Below are positions 41,001-52,759 of a DNA stretch of 64,000 nt, piece after piece. This DNA comes from Lingula anatina (lineage: Eukaryota; Animalia; Brachiopoda), in assembly GCA_051362555.1 (NCBI GenBank), contig CM120646.1, positions 5,642,001 through 5,706,000 on the forward strand, read 5' to 3'. Each line of letters opens with the position of its first letter. The first letter of the stretch is position 1. Below the pieces are notes generated by a model. It was not told where the DNA came from and searched no databases. It worked only from the letters and a program-made list of their open reading frames with translations. The position numbers and the translations under genes are program-made.

Positions 41001-44000
41001 TTTTTTTTGCCCTGTTATTCAGACACCACACAGACTTAACCAATAATATTATTGGAAAGTGTTACCCTTCAGGTCATCTTTCATCTCCATGAATTTGGGG
41101 TCAATCGGTGCATTTTCACGGGAGTAGCGACCATAAGATACCGAAACTGAAAACTGTCTCTAATTTGGGAACCGTTAATGCTAGAGACCCATTCTTTTTT
41201 GCATTTTGTAGAGCATGTAAAGCCCAACACTGGAGGTGGTCTCGGTTTTTTTGTATTCCATACGGTTTTCGAGTTACGCTGTATCAAAAAGTACATATTG
41301 GTGGTAAAAGCAAAATGTGCAGTACGGTAATGGATAATAAATTTTGAACTCTGGAAAAATAAAACATAAGGCTTGGCAAAGCAGACAACTTGTGTTCAAA
41401 AATGACATTATTTCATCAAATTTGAACTTCTGAAACTTCAGAGCACCTCCTATTTCAAGAATTTTGACCAAAATGACATTTTCTTTATTTTAATTAATTT
41501 TTTCTGTACGAAATTTAAGGCACATTATGGTAACTCCAAAATTATAACATCTAGTCCCTTATATCTCCAAAACTGGCAGAGATAGGTCCATAGTTACTAT
41601 TGAAGTTGAATAGGAAGTCATATACTGGCAATCTTACTATGACCTTGAAATTGACCTTTGACCTACTTTTCACCATGAACTGAACTTTGCAAATTTTTCT
41701 TCCCTTTTATCTCCAAAACTGGCAGAGATAGGTCCATAGTTACTATTGAACTTGAATAGGAAGTCATATACTGGCAATCTAAATGTGACCTTAAAATTGA
41801 CATTTGACCTACTTTACACCATGAACTGAATTTTGCAAATTTTGCTTTCCTTTTATCTCCAAAACTGGCTGAGATAGGTCCGTAGTTACTATTGAACTTG
41901 AATAGGAAGTCATATACTGGCAATCTATATGTGACATTAAAATTGACCTTTGACCTACTTTTCACCATGAACTGAATTTTGCAAATTTTGCTTTCCTTTT
42001 ATCTCCAAAACTGGCTGAGATAGGTACGTAGTTACTATTGAATTGAATAGAAAGTCATATACTGGCAATCTAAATGTGACCTTAAAATTGACCTTTGACC
42101 TACTTTTCACCATAAACTGAACTTTGCAAAATTTGCTTCCCTTTTATCTCCAAAACTGGCAGAGATAGGTCCATAGTTACTATTGAACTTGAATAGGAAG
42201 TCATATACTGGCAATCTATATGTGACATTAAAATTGACCTTTGACCTACTTTTCACCATGAACTGAATTTTGCAAATTTTGCTTTCCTTTTATCTCCAAA
42301 ACTGGCTGAGATAGGTCCGTAGTTACTATTGAACTTGAATAGGAAGTCATATACTGGCAATCTAAATGTGACCTTAAAATTGACCTTTGACCTACTTTTC
42401 ACCATAAACTGAACTTTGCAAATTTTGCTTCCCTTTTATCTCCAAAACTGGCAGAGATAGGTCCATAGTTACTATTGAACTTGAATAGGAAGTCATATAC
42501 TGGCAATCTAAATGTGACCTTGAAATTGACCTTTGACCTACTTTTCACCATGAACTGAACTTTGCAAACTTTTCTGCCCTTTTATCTCCAAAACTGGCAG
42601 AGATAGGTCCATAGTTACTATTGAACTTGAAAAGGAAGTCATATACTGACAATCTAAATGTGACCTTTAAATTGACCTTTGACCTACTTTACACCATGAA
42701 CTGAATTTTGCAAATTTTGCTTCCCTTTTATCTCCAAAACTGGCTGAGATAGGTCTATAGTTACTATTGAACTTGAAAAGGAAGTCATATACTGGCAATC
42801 TAAATGTGACCTTAAAATTGACCTTTGACCTACTTTACACCATGAACTGAATTTTGCAAATTTTGCTTTCTTTTTATCTCCAAAACTGGCTGAGATAGGT
42901 CCATAGTTACTATTGAACTTGAATAGGAAGTCATATACTGGCATTATAAATGTGACATTAAAATTGACCTTTGTCCTACTTTTCACCATAAACTGAACTT
43001 TGCAAATTTTGCTTCCCTTTTATCTCCAAAACTGGCAGAGATAGGTCCATAGTTACTATTGAACTTGAATAGAAAGTCATATACTGGCAATCTAAATGTG
43101 ACCTTGAAATTGACCTTTGACCTACTTTTCACCATGAACTGAATTTTGCAAATTTTGCTTCCCTTTTATCTCCAAAACTGGCTGAGATAGGTCCATAGTT
43201 ACTATTGAAGTTGAATAGGAAGTCCTATACTGGCAATCTAAGTGTGACCTTGAAATTGACCTTTGACCTACTTTTTATCATGAACTGAACTCTGCTAATT
43301 TCTTTCTCTTTTAACTTCAAACTTGATAGAGATAGGTCCATAGTTACTCTTGAACTTGAATAGGAAGTCATATACTGGCAATTTACTGTGACCTTGAAAT
43401 TGACCCTTGACCTACCTTACGAAGAACTTAAATTTGATTGTACCATATATATTTTTTGCAATAGTTAAAAAATTCTTGTTGATTGCATTTTTACAGCTTG
43501 TCAAGCACAAAACTGGTGGCTGTGTCCTGTATTTTGTGTATGTGGGGGTCTATACGAATGTGTTTGCTCCAGCTGGTGGTACAATATTTGGAGGCGGTAT
43601 CGCCTCTCTGATCCTCTAGTCTGATCTATGATCACATCAAGGCCGTGTTCAAATTTAGTCAGTTGGGGTCAAGATTCCATGGTATTGTTATTACAATTTT
43701 TTAATAAGTTAAACTTACAAGTTTTGCTTAAATTTATGTGTGATACAGATATTTTTTTGTTTTCATAGTTTCCTGAACTTACAACAGTACATGTTGATTC
43801 TTTTCCTGTTGTTCCTAGTCCAGTTTGCAATTTCATGTGCGTGCTTGGCCGTCAATGAGTCACAGCAGCAGCAGATTGCACAGGCAGCGTGGAAGGTAAT
43901 GTTGAACATATACATGGCTGGTGGTACATGTTCAGGAGGCAGCTTACATCTCTCTGAAGCTCTTGTCTTTTTACTGACTGTCTGAATCAATACTTTGTTG

Positions 44001-46230
44001 AACCACTTTAGAATTTATTCAATTTAGAAGCTTTGTTGGTCTGCCAAATGCAGACTAGTGGTCTACTAGGTTAATATTGACTCTGAACATAAGTACTAAT
44101 ATTATACAATGTATGAGAGGTAAAAAATTATAATATGACTTACAGCAATTCAGGTATCGGTGAATTTTCAGTCTGCAACAAAAATACTTTTGAACCTACT
44201 GGCACATAAGGCCTTCAGGGTCTAACAGTGAACCGATAGTTACCAGTAACTGAACAAATAATACAAAATACTGGTATTTTGTGTTGAGCCAACAGTTACT
44301 ATTACTGACTGACTGTATTGCTGATAGTTCTATATAATTTCTAATTACAGATAGCAGAGGATGACCTGAAAATGAAAATCCAGGAATTATTTGAATGCTG
44401 TGGCTTTGATACATCCTCCCAGGCTCTGCCGGCTAATGACTCAATGTCTCATCCAGACTGTTTGAAGGTACAACGTTGTTATTATTATTATTACATGTCC
44501 TCAGTGAGAAACCGGAGATCTTGATGAATTTTAAAACAAACTGTGTGATGGAAATGTTTGCCCAGTAATTACACTAGTCTAATCATGAGGTGCATTTTAC
44601 CTCCGTGAATATTTTAGTCATGTTCATTTCAGTGTTTATTGTAATGTAATGGGCTGCATTTCTTCCCCCAGATAAAAGGTTGCGCGAGTTCAGGTGCGAG
44701 TGAGTTCTGCTGTAATCTGGTGAATGGGTCCAAGGACTCCTGCCCAGTAGAACCCTGCTTCAACAACTTACGCAATGACATCCAGACTGCCTTTAAAATA
44801 TCAGGAGGCATTGGACTGTTCTTCAGTTTTACAGAGGTGAGGGCACACTTGATTGTGAGTTCGGCATGGTGTTTGTCTCTTGATATCCCCAGGGTTGCGT
44901 GAAGTAGTTTTATCGAAAACTGGTTTTGGACTGAAGAAAATAGCTTAATACTTACGAACCTGCTTTGATTAATTTCTTTGCATTATAATCCTGTAGAGTT
45001 GTTCACAAACTGATTTTAGAAAGACTGTTGCTGCTGGATAAGGTCTGAATATCACTGATTTAACAATAATTAATAACAATCTCAGCAGGAAATTGTTTTG
45101 TGATGAGAGATACCTTAAAACTTGACTCATTTTAAATATTTAAAAAAAAATGGAAGAATTTTTTTGAAAACATTTCCCCACTTTCTAAATTGATGGAGAT
45201 TTTTCATTTGGTTATTATGGAAAAAATTGACTTTTTCACTTTTGACAAGTTACTTAACAATACAAGAAAAGCATGCTCAGGACCCATTTTTTCAGTGAAA
45301 CACATTAAGTTTAAGGTGACTTATTTGTTGGGGTTTATGATATTTACTGCAAATTGAATTATAAAGTCTACAGTTTGCTTCATGAAAATATCAAGTTCAT
45401 GTTTGTGAATTGTCTTGTTTTTTATTGCATGAATAAAACTATTGTTTAAACTTGGTTGAAAATTTAGAATTTCAAGTTCCTTTTTCGGATATGTTCACAT
45501 GAAGTTGTTAGTTAAAATATTCATGCAGTTCTGTGAAGTGCTTGCAAGTATGTTTCACTGTCATTATTTATTTGTTGTTGTTAAATTTGGTGAATTATTT
45601 TGTAATTGAAATAGGTCATTTTGAAATGTCTTTGTTCTTAATCAAATTTCAATATGAAATATGAAAGTAAATTAAAATTTATTATGTTTACATGATTAAA
45701 GGTTACAGTTGCTCCACAATTTTTGGCCAATTCATCAAAACACCCCTGGTTGGTGGGGCCTTTTTTATATTTACTAAGCAAGTAGGCATTTGAATGCTCA
45801 TCTTCTAATGACAAAGTTTTTGTTAATGTTTTGATTAAGGGGAGTGTGCAGTGGATGACACATTGCTGGCTTATCAACAATAAGATTTATTTAAGATTTA
45901 AAGATCAGTTTTTTTTGTTCTTGATAATTTATAGTCATATAGATTTTGTTCTTTATCTTTTTATATTACATTATTGTGTCTGATAATATTGAACATTTAT
46001 GTTACGTACTAGTTTGTGTTTTGTTTGTTTGTTAATTTGTTTGTTTTCATGTGTCTGTATCAATAACTGATAAGTTGGGTGTTTCAGATCGTGGGCATGT
46101 ACATCTTAATGATTGACAGCTTGCCATAACCATATATGGTTCATGTGTGTTTCAGATCTTGGGGGTGTGGCTAACGGTCCGGTATCGTAACCAGCGAGAC
46201 CCAAAATCGAGTGCTAGTGCATTTTTGTAA
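33318..46230 (+). CDS. TSPAN31: Tetraspanin of the TSPAN13/TSPAN31 subfamily, isoform using the proximal last exon
   Basis: Exons 33318-33377 ([20 protein letters not shown]), 40314-40481 (...[13 protein letters not shown]), 43788-43895 (YMLIL...ISCACLA), 44351-44467 (CCG motif), 44672-44836 (...[11 protein letters not shown]), 46156-46230 ([24 protein letters not shown]); all junctions phase 0. Likely co-ortholog of TSPAN13 and TSPAN31. Confidence 0.93.
35767..36117. repeat. Local tandem duplication (~145 bp; the second copy carries an insertion) in tetraspanin intron 1
   Basis: ggttaagtcattaattctagaca...tgaatgtccattttttcac...gatgctcatttccacca occurs at ~35767 and ~35913. Confidence 0.8.
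38162..38329. mobile_element. 168-bp MITE with 5-bp TSD, superfamily unassigned
   Basis: TIR caggcccgtagccag / ctggctacgggcctg; flanking direct repeat gctgt at 38157-38161 and 38330-38334. Confidence 0.85.
40482..43787 (+). other. U12-type (minor spliceosome) GT-AG intron of the tetraspanin
   Basis: 5' site GTATCCTT; branch-like TTCCTGAAC ~10 nt upstream of the AG with no polypyrimidine tract after it; joins ...LLFF to YMLIL... in phase 0. Confidence 0.85.
40542..43620 (-). mobile_element. Non-autonomous Helentron-like (HINE) element with a 146-bp tandem array (~13 copies)
   Basis: 15-bp subterminal IR tattgtaccaccagc (40545-40559) / gctggtggtacaata (43572-43586); hairpin tgtaccaccagcg-ttag-cgctggcggtaca; (ccgccggct)n microsatellite; 146-bp units at 41563, 41709, 41855, 42001 ... 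43168 containing tgacctttgacct; far end has hairpin gaggcg-gtat-cgcctc and ctagt. Confidence 0.85.
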
Positions 46231-48543
46231 TTATAGCAGGTTTCTAGATGATTTCTAACCCACACCAGCTAGGTATTAATGTTCTGTGTGTTGCATGATG
46301 CTAGAGGCGGTGGGATGCTAGCTTAGGGAAAGGCGGGTATTTTATAACAGGGAAGAAGTAGAAATGCTGGGGACGATTTACTGACATGGAAAATGCCTTC
46401 TTTTTATTTTCTAATCTGCACTGAATGAAAAGACAGGTTTGTAGAAAAAAATATGCTTCTGAAAATTTAATTGAACTTTGAATTGGATACATGAAAGAAG
46501 AAACATCATGATGACTGTTTTGTGAAAAAAAATTCATTCAGTTTCTTTCAAGGCTGATAAATAAGTATGGAAAGATGACATAAAAAAGGCAGCTTTCAGT
46601 GTTTCAGATACCCCAGCATTGGTACATTTTATTGTATGTTATTTCATAATAACCAAAGGGTATGTGAAAGCTTTCCTATGCGCCATAAGCATAGAAGATA
46701 ATGGCTAATTTCTCCAACTCGTGTTGTTTTCTTGCTAAGCCTACCATTGATATGGCCATGTGCTTAACTTTTTGGCATCCCCTGTATTTTCACTAAAAAC
46801 CTGACTTTGAATGGCTGGGTATTATTCATGTTCTCAGTTTACATATCTAAATCGGCCAGCTCTCTGATAAACTCATTCCTAAAAATATATGAATTTCATT
46901 ACAAGATTTTTAGCACATTGATGACAACAACCCACTGTATGTTTAAATGTCTGTAGGGACGTCAAATAGTTGTCGTCAGTAGGAACTTTTTTTAAAAAGG
47001 ACAACAGCCTCAAAAATTGGTCAACTTGGTGTTCATGCCATTGCCCACTCTTTGTTATTGTCAGTAGATTTTTGTATTGATTTGTTCAGCTAGCTGGTGT
47101 CTCATTTTTCAAAGTTAAGACGATGCCATCTCTGGCAGATTTTCCTAAGATCTGCATTCTTTTTTGAATCTGCTTGTTCATAAAAACTACCAGATACTTG
47201 AAGCTTCCTTTCAATTAATCAATAATGATTCTGCGCCTTCAGATGACTAAACCATTTTCATATGTTTAATACAGCACAAGGTTTCACTAGTAAATGTTAG
47301 TTTCGATTCCCCGTTGATAACAGTTGGGGAGGGTGGGGGGTGCTAGTAAATTAATGTACCACACTACTTTTGCTGAATTTGTTACATGGTATCAGTAGAT
47401 TGAAGCGTCTTTCTCACCAGGGAGATGAGATCACGAAAAAAGACGAGACATAAATTGTGTAAAGCTGACTGGTCTTATTTATCAAGGATATTTGGCTATG
47501 AACCCTAATTTTTTACCCTATCATCTTGGGATGTGCTAAAAAGGGAGTTCATCGAATGTAGTTTTCTCAGCTGTCTTGGACAGAGTAGACCATGTTAAGA
47601 AGGGGAAAGTGCTGAAATTTCCAGGATTTATTATTTATTTATTTATTGATTTATTTATTTATTTTTATGAAGATCTACCACTCATTGTATTCCCATAAGG
47701 ATACATTGGTTGAGAAAGGTCTTAACATTTTAATTTGTAGTCAGTTTTTGTGGTGTTTGGCTTTTGTTTTGTCATATTAGTTACATGGTATTTAGTAGTT
47801 TGTACAGTGGTTACAGGTTTGGGATACAAATGCTGACTTGCAGCTGTTTTGGTAGTGGGGTCCAATTTTTATTTTAGTTTGTTTAGATGGTGGAGATGGT
47901 TTGGGGTTTGTACTATTTAGTTAAAAATGACATGATTTTTGTGTTGCTAATTGATCCTTATATGTATATATTTTTATGTCATGCAGTGCTTCATCAGTGC
48001 ATATTTTTTGAAAATGTGTCTCGTTTAGAAAATTGCTTTGAAAAATTTTACTGGTCAATTTGCATGTTATAAAGGTATCCATGTTGTTTTGAAAGTGTAT
48101 GTTTTTCCATTTAAAGTTTTTTGCGAATCCAAGCTTTCAAAATTGTCCACACCTGATATTGTACTATATGCTGCATGTCTTATTGACCATTTAAAAAGTT
48201 AAATTGCATGGCCAATAGTTCAACTTCATCACGGTGGGCATGTACTTCTTTCGTAGAATAAAAAAAAACTTTGTAACTTGCAATATGTTTACCAAATAAT
48301 AAATCAAAAAAGAAACTGAACAACAAAAATCAAATGTGAATTTGAGATAAAAAGGCCCAAGATATTTCCAGTGATAAACAAATTTGATATTTTAAATAGT
48401 TTTGTTTTCCCGCATAAAGGAACAGCTTTTGCCCTAACTGGTGGTGTTGAAATTGATAGCAGTGCTTCAGGAATTTACACGCGTAGTGTTCTAGTATTGA
48501 ATTCATGTTAACTTGGTCATATTATATTTTATTTGCTGTTGAC

Positions 48544-48579
<36 letters not shown>

Positions 48580-48751
48580 GCATGATATGTAAAGTGACAA
48601 AGATGACAATATCCCTCAGTTTTTACACCAGAATCAATACTAACAAAAAAGGTGAGAAGATACGAAGATTTAAGAGATGTTATGTTATGTACTAGTTACT
48701 AATCTATGGGTCATTGCTTTTCATTCCTGTTCAAATTCTGCTTCTTTTCAG

Positions 48752-48826
48752 ATCGTAGGAGTTTGGTTAGCCATCAGATTTAGGAACCAGAAAGACCCAA
48801 GAGCCAATCCCAATGCCTTTTTATAG
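48752..48826 (+). CDS. TSPAN31: Alternative (distal) last coding exon of the tetraspanin
   Basis: Strong acceptor ctgcttcttttcag, then 75 bp in phase 0 encoding [24 protein letters not shown]; same length as and paralogous to 46156-46230. Confidence 0.9.
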   Translation: MVGVWLAIRFRNQKDPRANPNAFL

Positions 48827-48883
48827 CAGTAAATGAATGATAGGACATTAGCGTACTCAGTTTGCCAGTTGAAAACACATGTA

Positions 48884-49174
48884 GGCCATTCAGAACAGAA
48901 GTTCTTAGGATTGTCTGATCCAGAGATCAAATATGGCAGGCCCTACATGAAAGAAGAGCTGACTAATCTGCTGATGGTCTCCCTGCCTCCATACACGCCA
49001 TTCTTGCAGGGGTCTAGCAAAGAAACCTTGGATACGTGATTTAATCCATTTACGTAATGGCCTGTGTGGAGGCGGGGTGACGATCAGTGGATTGGTCTGC
49101 TCTTCTTTAGTGTAGGGTTTGCCATATATGATCCCTGGATCTGTGGAGCTTTGGTTCTTTGGTTCTGAATGGCC
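48884..49174 (+). other. Long imperfect inverted repeat / predicted RNA hairpin in the tetraspanin distal 3' UTR
   Basis: Arms 48884-49002 and 49056-49174 (119 nt each) align without gaps; manual count is 92 Watson-Crick pairs, 12 G-U pairs and 15 mismatches; 53-nt loop. Confidence 0.9.
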
Positions 49175-49466
49175 CCTTGGAGTAAGAGGTGGTTTGAAGA
49201 GAAGGTTCTGACGGATACCCACATCAGTGTCTGGAGTGAAAGACATTTGTATTTCAATATAGCTAGCTAGTATTTATGGAAACTTTGAAAATAGGTATTG
49301 TGTTTGAAGTCGTTCAAGCATTTGATGTACTTCATGTTGTTGTTGATGTTTATTATGGTTATTGTATTTTTAAATAAATAGCAAGTAACTTGGGATATGT
49401 GAAGTAGTTATTGTTTGCATTTTGGAGGTATCTTTATTTTACATTGCAGAAACTAAGTTGTTTCCT

Positions 49467-49765
49467 GGGGCCTGTTTCTCAAAAAGACTATGCTTAGTTT
49501 TGGTGCCAAAAAATTAGCCCACAAGTTCATAGCTCACTAATATAATTAAACAGAATAATTTAAAAGGCCACACGAAGCATCTTCTCATTTTAAGATGAAT
49601 AAAATAAGCTCTTTAAGAAAATTGTGATTGTCATAATTAAGATTTTTACTCAAAGTGGTGTGGCAGATACATTTTTTGTGGGCCAAACATTCTTATAAGC
49701 TCTTAGACCTATATCTTTTTATAGTTGGCTATCCAATTTTAGCAGTCTCTTTGTGAAACAGCCCC
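49467..49765. mobile_element. Degenerate Harbinger-like MITE
   Basis: Imperfect TIR ggggcctgtttctcaaaaagact / agtctctttgtgaaacagcccc, similar to the TIR at 29534. Confidence 0.6.
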
Positions 49766-49855
49766 TTGATGTGTTAGTAGTTCTTTGACTGATGCTTGTG
49801 GACATGATATTTCCAATGTACACGTTTCAGCCAACATTTGCCTGCTCCAGAAGTA

Positions 49856-50096
49856 CAGTTTCACAAAAAAATTTAGGCCTGAAATTTGATCTTAGACTAG
49901 TCTCTTAGACCAAAATTTCATCACTTTGTCCCAAGATAAATAATGTAGTCCAAATATGTAAAACATTGCACCTGTTTTACAACATGTTAATTTTGAATTA
50001 CAGACCAATACTTTCTTCAGTGGGCTGAATTTATCTTGTAGTGAAGAGAACCCAAGTTTTTGGTCTTTTGGCCTAAATTTTTCTTTTGTGAAACTG
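49856..50096. mobile_element. Degenerate MITE-like inverted repeat
   Basis: cagtttcacaaaa..aatttaggcc / ggcctaaattt..ttttgtgaaactg. Confidence 0.55.
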
Positions 50097-52759
50097 AGTC
50101 AGACTTGGTTCAGTCTGCAGTACTATCCCAGTGTTGTTAGTGAAATAACTGGAAAATATATATGTAACTTACAATTCTAAAGAATGTTTTGCTCATATTC
50201 TTATTTGATGTGCGTACAGTAAATGATGCACAACTCCTTTGAAGTTCAGGTAAAATCTTTACCTTAACAGCTTTATTTCTCATTCAAGATTGCTATGTGT
50301 ACACGCTTTAAAAACTTTTTTTTTTAATGTGTAATTATTCAAGATATGACAGTGGCTATCAACATTATAAAGTTAAAGTTTATACAAGCTTTGGACATTG
50401 TGCACTGCACTAATATATTTATCCGAACATACAGCTAACTAACTTTTCAGACGTTAAATCAACAACATTTTTATTATTGCTTACAATATACCGTTAAGGG
50501 GTAATCATTAATTCATTTTGTTCTAATTTGAAGAGTAATTATCGTTAATCAAAAATGTGATTTAGACGGCCCTCTCATTAGTCATTAGAACAGAAAACAT
50601 CCTTTTCTGCCTGACTTTCCACCCTCTTTGTTGTTACATGTATTATAAAGGTGTAAATTAATGTTGAACATTCCTTACTGTCCATGTTTGTTGTGACAAT
50701 ATACTAACTGTTCCAATTTATATTGGTTCTTTTGTGTTCCGTGACATTGCTGTTTCTGATCCATTCCATTTCTGTGTTAACAAGCACCTCCTTGTGTTAT
50801 TTCATAGTAATTTTACATGTGCTTTTTTTTTTTGCTGTCATAGTGACCTGTGAGCAGGAAGTTGGTGTGTACCCTCTTGCACATGGGTTTTATTCCTGAT
50901 TATGAAATTCCCTGAATCGCCAAATGTAAGATCATGCCCTTGGTTTTGATGTACCTGTACTTGATTAAGCTAAGTTCTGGTGATGATGACGGGACTTTCA
51001 GTAGTGGTATAGGGCTTGAATTTACTTGTTTTTTATTTTTCCCATCATATTTTAACAACAGATTTGCTGGAAGCAAAGCTAGTTCTGTAAACTTATTTGG
51101 TAGATTCTGTTTTGGGATATTATTTTTGTCTCATTTGGCAAATTACCAAAGAAAAGTAGCCTTGATATTGATAATTTTGTTTTAATTGATGAAAACTAGC
51201 TTGGGGGGTTGAAAAAGGGTTTTTCATTTTAGATCAGGTCAATTTTTAAAGAAAGATAAACCTGTGTCTTATACTTAGTTGTTGTTATTTAACTTTCTGG
51301 ATATTTTAAGTAGAGGGTAAAGAGGTTGTTTGACTAGTTGTAATGGCTATTGAACTATTTTATCTTATCTTCAGTTAATCATTTTACATTAAATGTTGTT
51401 GTTATCATACCACAGTACCTCTTCCACTGTCAGCTTTAATATATTAATAATTGTTAGAAATTTATTTACTGTATGAGTATTTACCTGCTAGCTAGTTCCC
51501 TAGTAAAAAAAAATAAATAACGTTTTTTCTTTATAACATGTTTCAGAATATTTTAGTATAATATTCAGTTATGCCATGTTCTGCTGTGTTACTGGTTTAA
51601 ATCTGTTAATACTTGCTGTTCATTGTTACATGATATAGAGGTGTGCAATAATGGTAGCTCCACTGTCTCTCCCTTGCCTGGCTGACTGATTCTGGGCTCC
51701 TCACTGTCAGTATTTTATCAAGTTGGAATTACAAGCTGTAAATGTAGAGGCAGTTGTTGTTGATGGATGTAGAAAACACATGTTCACTGAAATAAAATGA
51801 CTTGTTAGCATGTCAGAGGTGGGGATGGACCAGCAGGATTCCTGGATTTTTTTTTTCTGAAACTAACATTAGGGAAAGGTTATTTAAAGTTTTCCATGAG
51901 GTTTCATTCATATTTGCAGCTCTGATGTATTTCAGTGTGCTCATGTCCATTGTTAGTTTATTTCAGTAAAGTGTGTTTTGTTGACAAGTTTTATGGCACT
52001 GGTGCTGGTTTATTATTGTTTAACCAACTGATAAATAGTATATATACATACATATAATATATAATGCTGCTGTACATAGTTGGAGGAAATAAATATTAAG
52101 GTTATTGATTTTATGTCATTCCTTTAATCTCTCTCTCTTTCTCTCTCTTGCTCCAAAATAACACAGCATTTCTGGTTTGTAATTAATTTAACGGACATGA
52201 GCAACCAGGCCTGTAGCCAATGATTTCAAAGGGGGGAGGGGGTCTCTTTCTGAAAAAGTGTATCTTGTCTGACAAAAAGGGTAGTTCTTTTGACCCAGAC
52301 CCTCTGCTTATGCGCCTGGTTGCAGTAGTGATTTATTGAAAAAGAAAAGTGTTTTAGAGGGGACTTCAATGCACACATTTGCATTTGGGATGTTTTTGAA
52401 TTAAAAAATCTCATCTACTTTTTAATCAGTTTTAACTTAGGCGTGGAAAGGTTTCTTTTGGCTTCAGCAGAAAGCAATAGCTAGGTTAAGGTTTGATTGG
52501 CGTTAAAAGTGTAAATCTAAATCAAATTTTGATAACATTCGTACAAGGTTAACAACATATAAAATCCGTTGAAACATTCAATAGAATAAATATACGTTCG
52601 CTACCAATGCAATGAAAAGAGTGCTCGGTGGTCTGTCTTGCTGCGCTTGGTTCAGGGCAGTATCGGTGCATAGTTGTGCCGCGCGAAAGACACATGCGAA
52701 GAAGATATACATGTAGTTTTGTTAAAAGAAAATAGCCTACTAGATATTTCACGTTAAAT

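Noticed and set aside
41663-42989. Two 101-aa ORFs on - strand
   Set aside because: They lie wholly within the 146-bp tandem array, whose unit length is not a multiple of 3
48824-48832. Stop-codon readthrough (TAG CAG TAA) stimulated by the downstream hairpin
   Set aside because: Readthrough would add only two residues, the context is not the canonical UGA-CUAG, and the stem starts 58 nt away
48833-49246. Two similar ORFs on opposite strands (DPEIKYGRPY / DPGIIYGKPY) suggesting a duplicated small gene
   Set aside because: The similarity follows from the gap-free inverted repeat; the differences favour RNA G-U pairing, and I saw no splice or start context supporting a protein
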